This document shows positions 54,680 to 64,000 of a stretch of 64,000 bases of DNA, one piece after another. Source of the DNA: the human T2T-CHM13v2.0 reference genome, Homo sapiens. Position numbers and translations under genes: made by a program. Under the pieces are notes generated by a model. The model was not told the DNA's origin, searched no databases, and saw nothing but the letters and a program-made list of their open reading frames with translations. The first letter of the stretch is position 1. Each line of letters opens with the position of its first letter. The stretch is from assembly GCF_009914755.1 (NCBI RefSeq), contig NC_060931.1. One strand, 5' to 3'.

Positions 54680-55454
54680 AAGCCGGTTTTGAGGGTTTAG
54701 TTTTATATAGCAGTTATACCAACTAAAGGGTGATCAGATGAAATTCCCACCAGCAAGAGGAGGAGGTGAGCTAGAAATGAAAAGAAAGGACTGGAGAGAG
54801 ACAAGCAAGCTGGGAGCTTGCACGAGTGAATGCCAGCAGGAACTAGGGTCTAGACATGTTCAAGATGGCAGCTCCATCTTCCCTTCTCTGCTAGCCATGT
54901 GTTCAAAATCACAATGGTAAACAGTGGAGCTAGACCAGGGTGCTCAGGGGATAGAGGAGTAGCAGGGACACTCTGTCCCTTGCTAAGCTTGAAGAACATG
55001 CTGCAGGTGACTTTCCATCCCCAGTTGTATGGAATTTGGGGCACTGACTCTTATGGCTTCTCTCATTTAATTTTTGTGTTCCTATACAATTACTAAGAAT
55101 GCTGAGGAAATCATCTGTGAGCTGGTCTTTCCCTTGTGTCATTCCATGCCCTGCCTACCTGTCTTCTTTTAAATGTATAGAATGCACATCAGCCTAATGA
55201 AGTCTCCCAACACCACAGCTGTTAGGACTTTGATAAGTCCTCTTTGGAATCCATCTCTTCCCAACATCTCCCATTTTTAAATTTACCCCCATTCAAGATG
55301 TTTTGCACTGGTTTAACAGCTCTCAAAAACAGAAAACTTGCATATAATTTTGTCTCTCTATTCAACCCTGCCAACCCTCCAGAATGTAATCACCAAAATG
55401 GATTAAATATGAGCACAACCTTCCCAAGGGCTAAGCTGGTTTTTGAGGGTTTAG

Positions 55455-55525
<71 letters not shown>

Positions 55526-55997
55526 TACACACACACACACACATATATGTGTATATATATAAAAATATGTATATATGTATATATATAAATATGTATATAT
55601 GTATATATATAAATATGTATATATAAATATGTATATATATGTGTATATGTGTGTGTGTGTGTATATATATATGTGTATATATATATATATATAGCAGTTA
55701 TACCAACTAAACTAAAGGGTGCCCAGATGAAACTTCAACCAGCAAGAAGAGGAGGTGAGCTAGAACTGAAGAGAAAGGACTGGAGAGAGAGAGATGCCAG
55801 TGTTCAAAATCATGATGGTAAACAGTGGAGCTAGACCAGGGTGCTCAGGGAATAGAGGAGTAGCAGGGACACTCTGTCTTTGCTAAGCTTGAAGAACATG
55901 CTGCAGGTGACTTTCCATCTCCATTTGTATGGAATTTCAGGCAGTGACTCTTATGGCTTCTCTCATTTAATTTTTGTGGCTTCTCTCATTTAATTTT
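54680..55997 (+). repeat. Local direct duplication: copy A 54680-55078, copy B 55433-55978
   Basis: Long shared blocks, e.g. ggtaaacagtggagctagaccagggtgctcaggg and ttgctaagcttgaagaacatgctgcaggtgactttccatc. Confidence 0.95.
55456..55692. repeat. Compound (TA)n(CA)n(TATG)n microsatellite
   Basis: Directly visible. Confidence 0.95.
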
Positions 55998-56679
55998 AAG
56001 AGAACAAAAAGCAGATCCTTGCAGGAGAAACCCAAGTCTTCCCGTGCTGCCTCTGCTGAGAATGCCAGACAGAACGGTTTGAGTACTTGATACTAACTCT
56101 ATTTTTATGTTATCTTATGGAATGAATATGCAATTGAGAGAAATGTAGCAAAATAAGGAAACATGTTTCCAACCTAAAAATGTTAAGCCTTATTCATTTT
56201 ATTTCCGTTTTCAAGAATCATAAATGTAACTATCTGCTATCAGACTGTTCATGACAAACCTGTGTGACACTGTGCTATTATTTTTGTAGTACATCACGCA
56301 CTATGCATCATGCAAATATCCCCCTTGGGGATGATAAACCTTCTTTATATTATTTGCATTGGTGGCTCCAGCCAGAGACAGTGGCTGATAGGCATGGGTG
56401 CCAGATGGGGGCTCCTCCCTATAAGTTCATCTTCTATTCATTCACTAATAATCTTGAAAAAAAGTCTGTCTGTTCATGCCATTTCATATGCTGTTTACTA
56501 CCACCATCCTGGAAATTTCTTTTTTAAAGTCAGTTGTGCAAATTCACCAGGCCCTTTAGTACTTAGGACATTTTTGAAAAAAAAAAAAAAAATCTATGTG
56601 GTTGAATGCCCAAGAAGACAGAGGAAAAGGGTGATAAGAGAACTAACTTAACCAACAGACAGCAAGAAAGCCAAGACAA

Positions 56680-57040
56680 TGGTGTCCCTTCTTTGCTTGT
56701 GGAAATCTACTCATCTTTACACAGGTCAAACAGTAGCTCCTCCTAGAAGCCCTCTCTGTTCTTTCCATTTGGGATTAATCCTTCCTTGGTAAACCTCAGC
56801 ATTTACCTAAAATTATGATTCCACATTTACCACCCGTGTTATCATAGTCTATCTCTGCATTTGAATGAAGTCAGATTGGCCCATCTCAGCTATGCAAGAT
56901 TATAAACCCTTTGAGGGCAGAAATTATTCTTTTTTATATTCTCCTCTCGCATCTAATACAGTGGCTACCATGTACTAGATTATAAGCAAATAAATGCACG
57001 CATGAATGAATGCTGGATGGATGAACAAATGAATGAACAA
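56680..57040 (+). mobile_element. L2 3' end
   Basis: agattataaacccttgagggcag... followed by a tgaatgaatg tail. Confidence 0.65.
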
Positions 57041-58176
57041 AATCATGATTAGCTAAACACTGCAATCCTAAGTTAAGGAAAGCAAGACAGAGGTCTCAGC
57101 AGATGCAGAGTCTCTGAGGTTGTAGGAAAGTACATTATCCCATGGGTGATGGGAGGCTATAAATGGACACCAGATGGTGGCATGTTCAGATCAGCAGGGA
57201 AGGAAGATGATTTTAGCATCAATATGTAAAGTGCTTTAGAATAGGGAGACACTGAAAGCTGGGCAGCCGGCAAAGCAGGTTACAGGATCCCAGGCGTGAA
57301 GTATTAAAATGGTAATCCATAAGATCAAGTTCATGGAAGCTTCTTCTGTGCTTTCTTTTGCTATTTGTATCAGTGCATTCTGTGTACAGAATTTCTGTGC
57401 TAATCAAATGAAGTGGTGTTTGTAACGCTGTTTGCACACTTTAAAGCTCTGCACAGATAGCACTGCCTTTCTTATAGGATTGAAAGAGAAGGGGCAAATG
57501 AAATGATGCCCTGGATAAATCAGGGCCTGGACCAGGAAAATAGGAGAGAAGACAGTGGAAAAGGAAACAAGGATTCAAAGTCATGCCCACACAGAAATTA
57601 GAAGCCTTTAAGAATATGCTTCTCCTCTGTCTGTGAATGTTAAGCATTTGTAGCATTGATCCAAGCTAAATACAGAATGAGCTGTGAGCAAACCTGTCTT
57701 AGAGGGTACTGGCAACATTATATGAGCTCAGATTGGCTTTTGAAGATCTCGATCAGAAGATATAAATCTGGGCCGAAGTACACTGAAAGCAGCAGAAGGT
57801 GTCCCAAGTTCTTAAACATAAAGAAGCCTTTAGCTTAGAGAAAATGACAGCACTCAAGGAATGACAAGGGAGTTGTTTTCAAATATTTTGAACGTGTTGA
57901 AAAAGAATTGGACTCATTCTATGCAGAGTTAAGACCAAAGTGGGAAACTACAGAGAGAAAAGTTTCTTCTCAACATAATAAGTGTTTTTCTATCCATTTA
58001 AAGTCCTTTTTAAACCTGGAGTGGCCCCTGTCCTTGCAAAATGGGGAGCTTAGGCAGGATTTGGTGGGATTTTGTTTCATCAGATGGAGGATTGGACTAA
58101 ATGACCTGTAATGTCCTTTCTAATCAAAGATTCAGTTATTTCACTGGCCCTAGTACATAATGAAGTGGCTATAGGG

Positions 58177-58675
58177 CAGGGATTCTCAGACAGTGATCTG
58201 AGGATTCTGGACTTGCTCAAAGCCCTTTCAGGGGTTTCCCAAGGGTCCTAATAACACTAAAATGTTACTTTCCCCCTTTTCTCTCATTCTCTCGTAAGTA
58301 TACATGGGTGTTTTCCAGAGGCTAAAGACGCTGGATGTGGCAAAAGACAGAACGTAGGACCAGATACAAGAATTTAGCTGCTTCTCTTAAGCTAGACATT
58401 TAAAGAAATTAGTGAAAGTGTAAAACAATGCCAGCCCTCTCACTAAATTTTGTTTTGATTTGGAAAACAGTTATTTTTCATAAAACATATTTACAACAGC
58501 ATATAATCAGTTCATTTACTATATAAATATTTTGAAGAAATTTCTCAGTTTTAAACTTTAATATGATAAGCATTCATAGATACAGCTATAACCCACATAG
58601 ATAAAAGGTCTTTGGGGTTCTATATAATTTAAGAGTGTAGAGGGGTCTTGAAACCAAAAAATTTGAGAACTGCTA
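58177..58675. mobile_element. hAT-Charlie element (Charlie4a-like)
   Basis: TIR-like ends cagggattctca.../...tgagaactgcta; 8-bp TSD ctataggg/ttataggg. Confidence 0.7.
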
Positions 58676-59299
58676 TTATAGGGCATGGTTAAAAAAATTA
58701 TCTCTGATACTAGGAAAGGAAGGAGATCTGAACAGGCTGAAAAGCTTTCTGCCTTCCCCGCTTCCCAGCTACCTTCATGGAGCTAATATCACTTTTATCC
58801 TGACACAGAACTAGTGACTTCCTCAAAGGTGAGTACTCTGCAGACCTAGGGTGGTAAAATAGAACACCCATGCTCTGGCATCAGATAGGCCTAGGTTCAA
58901 AACCAGGTCTTTCCACCTTCTAGGTATGTGCCCTCAAGTTACTTGGTCTGAGCTTCTACCTTCTGTTCTAACACCTATACAACCAGGTTGTTGAGAAGAT
59001 TAGACCAAATATGTGCGAAGCCTCTCATCGGTGAGGTGGCTTGTAAACTACAGCCAGTGCTCTTCTTGGCACCATGTTGTCTCCATATTGCTGGTGGTGT
59101 AGTTATTTAATTCCCAGTCAGTCCCAGGGAAGCCGCATAACCTGATGAATAAACCATGGTCCAGATACGATTTTCATCAACTTTCCTTTGCCACACATTC
59201 CCCACTCTAGGCAAACTCCGCATCTTCAGATGGGTTATTCTTGAAGCACCTTGTTCACTGCCAACAATGAAAGTATAACTTTTTCATCCTTTATACTCT

Positions 59300-59560
59300 A
59301 AATACAGTTGTAGGGAAGTTGAACAGACATTGAACATAGAGTTGAAAACCCTGAATTAAGTCTTACATTTATGATTTATTAGCTCTGTGACTTTAGCCAA
59401 ACACTTCACCTCTCTGAGCCTGTTTCTTTATCTGTAAAATAGAGATAATAAAATCCAACCTTCAGGTGGTTCTGAAGGCTAAACGATGCCTATGAATGCC
59501 TATGATAGTTAACCCTGTTAACCATCAGAATATGCATAAATGTCAGTGGCTATTAATAAA
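59300..59560 (+). mobile_element. MIR
   Basis: tagctctgtgactttagcc...cacctctctgagcctgtttctttatctgtaaaatagagataata. Confidence 0.75.
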
Positions 59561-60063
59561 TCTCACCTCTTCTATGTTCAGAAGTGGTGGAAATGAAAAA
59601 AAGAATCCACAATGAATATTTAATCAAAAGTATCTCCATACAAACACACATACATACACATTTATTGGATAGTCATATGAAATTTGCATATATTTTTACA
59701 AGCACCCAAACTCTGTAAATGGTTTTGGTCAATCTCCCAAATTTGTTTTCCTATTCTTAAGCTTCATATCAAGCCCAATAAAGTGAAACACTAAGGCTTA
59801 TGTAAATGCTTTATTTATAAATAAACCTACTTGAAAGAGGTAATATTGATAAGAGGAGCATAACTTTAAAAAGAATAACTTTCTTTTTAAAAATTTAAAT
59901 GTGACACTCTTCTGATTCTGTCTCTACAACGAGGTCCCTAGAGAGGGAGGGTTAAAGGAAGAGACACTCAAAGGGGTAATAATTCCTAACTGCTATTAAC
60001 AGAGCTGAATCTGTTATCTTCAGGTGCTCTATTATGTCCATTCATTCAGAAATGGGAAAAGCT

Positions 60064-60469
<406 letters not shown>

Positions 60470-62150
60470 TCAGGGAGAGCTAGTCCCCTGGGGTATCTGT
60501 ATATTTGTTATCTTTGTCTGCTCTTTGGCTGTAAACTTCTTGGGGGTTGATGTCATCCTTTCTGAATATTACTTTATAGAATAGTTTTCTGCATAGTGGG
60601 TATTACATGGAATTGTAATTACATGATTCCAGATAAAAACTGATAGTTTCACTTTTCTAATATGTAGATTGAAACATTCTTTCAGATACTTTTTATAATG
60701 GCAACAATGGAATTTTGTACTTATTTAAACAGGAGACTCAGGACTTAATTGTTTATAAAGTTTTAATAGTTTTTCTCAGAGTATATGGACAAGATACATT
60801 TTTAGGTCTCTATAGTGTCGACATTAGAAGAGAACATGAAATAAATTCAAGAGTCCATGAAATCATAGAAAAGACTTGGAAACATCGTTGTTTTATCTTA
60901 TTTCCCTTCTTTCTCACCACATTTCCTTATAGTTTCTAATTCTAAATGAGCAGCACTATTGTATGGTGGTCTCCGGAGCCATACTGGCTGGATTCAAATC
61001 CTCCTTCTGCCTTTAACCAATCATGAGATGTTTAATGGGCCACATCTTTGGAATCAGTTCTCTCGTTTGTAAAATTGGAATGATTTTAGGAGCTGTCTCA
61101 CAGAATCATTGTGGGAATAAATGGGTCATTATTTGTCAAGCACTTAGAATGGAGCTGGCACAGTCAGTATAAGTGTGTTAGAGATTATCTTCATCATTCT
61201 TTACAGTCTGGAGTCCATAGGTTTTACAGGGGCTGGGAGCCTCCTTATATGAAAAATGCCTGTGTACTTTTCTGGCAAAAAGACACAGGCTTCATCAGAC
61301 TTTCAAAGTAATGAATCTAATAAGGAAATCTTCTAAGACCTACAGTATTTGGGGCAGAGCCTAACTTCCTAAATATGAGCATGCATAGACAGACCAAAAA
61401 CAAGACAGATGTAAGCTGCCTCGTTTACGCTATGAGGCGTTTATTGTGAATTCAACTGCAATGCAAAGGATTGCTCTTTATCTTAGAGGATACCTAACTA
61501 GTAGAAATGGACATTCCCCACCACCACCAAAAGACACAAACCTGAAAATGAGCAAAGGTCACTTCCCACATCAGTGTTTGTGAGGTGGACCAATATCTTC
61601 TGGCAAGGGGATTTTGGGAGGGATTGGAGGCAGTCATCTTGGGAAGGGACAATTCTAATGGAATTCCAAAATATCTGTTTATGCTCAAATCTTAAAAATA
61701 CCCTGAAGAAGAGACAATCAGCACAGGATCAGATGTGAGAGGTAAAATGGGAGAGGAGAAAATACCCAAATAAAACATTTGCAGGAGGCAACTTTATTTT
61801 TTGTTTGAATTTTGCATTTGTCTTTCTAAGGCAGCACAGATCCTCCATGAGAAGAAAAACAGATGGAATGGCAGCATTTTGTGTCTGTCTTCTGGAGCGT
61901 TTACTAGAGAATTCACGGCTCCTTATAGTTACTGATGGGTATGCATTTGGATGAATTTTCTGCCATGACAACAGGTAATCCTCATAAAATGTCAGTCCCT
62001 AACAAGAGGGCAGAGATGTTGCTTTTCTAGCCTTTCTGCCTTTGAGTTTGCATATTAATAGCCTTGAATAGCTACTCAGTGTTCTAAATAATTGAAACTG
62101 CTTTGCTTGATATCTACTTTATGATTGTTGCTTTAAAAATGACTAATTCT

Positions 62151-62500
62151 TGGCAGGGCACAGTGGCTCATGCCTGTAATCCCAGCACTTTGGGAGGCCG
62201 AAGTAGGTGGATCACCTGAGGTCAGGAGTTTGACACCAACCTGGCCAGCATGGTTAAACCCCATCTGTACTAAAAAAATACAAAAACTAGCCGGGCATGG
62301 TGACGGGCGCCTGTAGTCCCAGCTACTCAGGAGGCTGAAGCAGGCGAATCCCCTGAACTTGGGAGGCGGAGGTTGCAGTGAGCCAAGATCATGCCACTTT
62401 ACTCCAGCCTGGGCAACAGAGCGAGACTCCATCTCAAAAAAAAAAAAAAAAAAAAAAAAGAAAAAGAAAAAAAGAGAAAAGAAAAAGAAAAAGAAAAAAA
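62151..62500 (+). mobile_element. AluS with a long (about 65 nt) A-rich/GAAAAA tail
   Basis: Full dimer; tail 62436-62500. Confidence 0.92.
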
Positions 62501-64000
62501 GATTATTTTCCCTGGACAATTTTGACAACTTCCTGAAATGGGCCTTATGTGCTTGAAAATCTCACTGTTGGTCCACATTAGATATCTATAGAATCAAATT
62601 AAATATGATGCTGATTTTGCCTTATGGAAGATATCAATATTTAATGTTCTTTTGTTTTCCTTTCTGGTTTAATCATCGATCATGCCTTGCAATCAAATAA
62701 TCAATATTTATAGAACATCAGGAAACAGGAGGCAGAGTTTCCTGGAATATTAAGAACTAAGATCAGGACAACTTGGAGGTATCACAGTGACAGGCTGTGA
62801 AACAACCTAGGCTACAAAATAGTGAAAACAGGAATGGAAAGGAAAGGCAGAGCTGAGACCTATTGAAGCAAAATCCCAGAAGATGATGATATGGGACAGA
62901 GGAGATGAAAGAAAGGATTCAGGCGAAGGTGATACTGGCTCTCCACAAGCTGCCCAATGCAGTCCTGGTGTTCAGTGCTTTTGTCAAGAATAATTAGATC
63001 AAATCAAATCCTCCGTCTCAACAAACTCATTTGACATCATTAAAATAAAACAAAAACAAATAAGCACTTTTAAATTTTGGAAAACAAACTCTGGAAAACT
63101 GAACAAGGAATTTTGTGCTTCACCATTCACTGCTGACTCCTTTTGCATTAAGTCCAAACTAATACCCCAACAGGTTGATAGGTGAAATTATCCTACTGAA
63201 CATGTTTCAAAGACAGACAGGATTAAGACCATCATCTTTTCACAGAATGGCCTACTTCAAAGGAAGCCCATTCAAATGTAATAGCTGGATTTACATGGGT
63301 TAGTAGATTTACCCAGGGCCTATTTGAAATCTTCCCTCCATATAATATTTTAATCAATGCATAAGCTTTTCTGAATTATTAGAGGGAGAATAATAGAGTA
63401 ACATGCACTTTTATTTCCTTTTTACTGGTAAATGAGCAGAAGGCAAATAGGTTGGCTGAGATACACGGAGTGAGTCCGCCACAGCCCTTAAATTGTGGTT
63501 CTGGCTTTTATCCCTATGCTGAAGGCCATGCAGTGCTAACTACTGATTAAAAACTAAGATGGTGGAGCCCTGAACCTTTCCTGTAAATCCCCTAAGCCGG
63601 CAATACTTCTTAGGATTTACACACTAATATAAGAGATTCACAAAAGACACAACAGAGAGCTTCTGTGATAAAACCTTTCCAGAAGAGGCAAAGATGAGTG
63701 ATCTTCCTGGCAAAACCTCTGAGGAGGTTAAATGTGTGGTCAGGTTAGGTTTCACTAATGCACTTCTCTGGAGGTTTCACCCGGAGCTGTCCTCATTCCA
63801 AAACTCCAGGGTTTGGGTATAAATAGTTTGCAGAGGGTTAAGGTAGCCCAGAATGCTGAAAGTTACCTAACTTGGAGTGTCCATAGCATTGTTCTGAGTG
63901 GTCTCTGAGAAGACCTAAACCTTCTGACATTCACTATGTCAAACTCAAAGGAGAACAGGTTGAGGGACAGTGATGCTTAGCCAGAGCTTTACTGCACACA

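Overview
This is primate (very likely human) genomic DNA, not prokaryotic. It holds the 5' part of RAPGEF5 (Rap GEF of the Epac/RAPGEF family, long DEP-domain isoform) on the minus strand. A CpG-island promoter and exon 1 (CDS 49176-48946) are followed by a 38.8-kb intron 1, then exons 2-5 (10148-10098, 7591-7485, 2204-2083, 621-453). These join in one open frame (680 nt) with canonical GT-AG sites, and the gene continues beyond the left edge. The rest is intronic or upstream DNA rich in Alu, L1, L2, MIR, hAT/MER and ERV/MaLR elements, including a full-length THE1A provirus and solo LTRs with target-site duplications (TSDs). The most notable observations are: (1) two recursive-splice-like AG|GT sites in intron 1, one followed by a candidate poison exon with a perfect U1-complementary donor; (2) a stop-free exon block that could make the RAPGEF5 circRNA an endless ORF; (3) an upstream local duplication in which one copy gained a 104-nt LTR9 fragment and the other grew a microsatellite; (4) an old diverged direct repeat in intron 2; (5) motif-dense candidate enhancers. 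Repeat subfamily names come from recalled consensus sequences and need RepeatMasker/Dfam confirmation. I found no CRISPR arrays, rRNA or tRNA genes, and I cannot show that any finding is previously undescribed.
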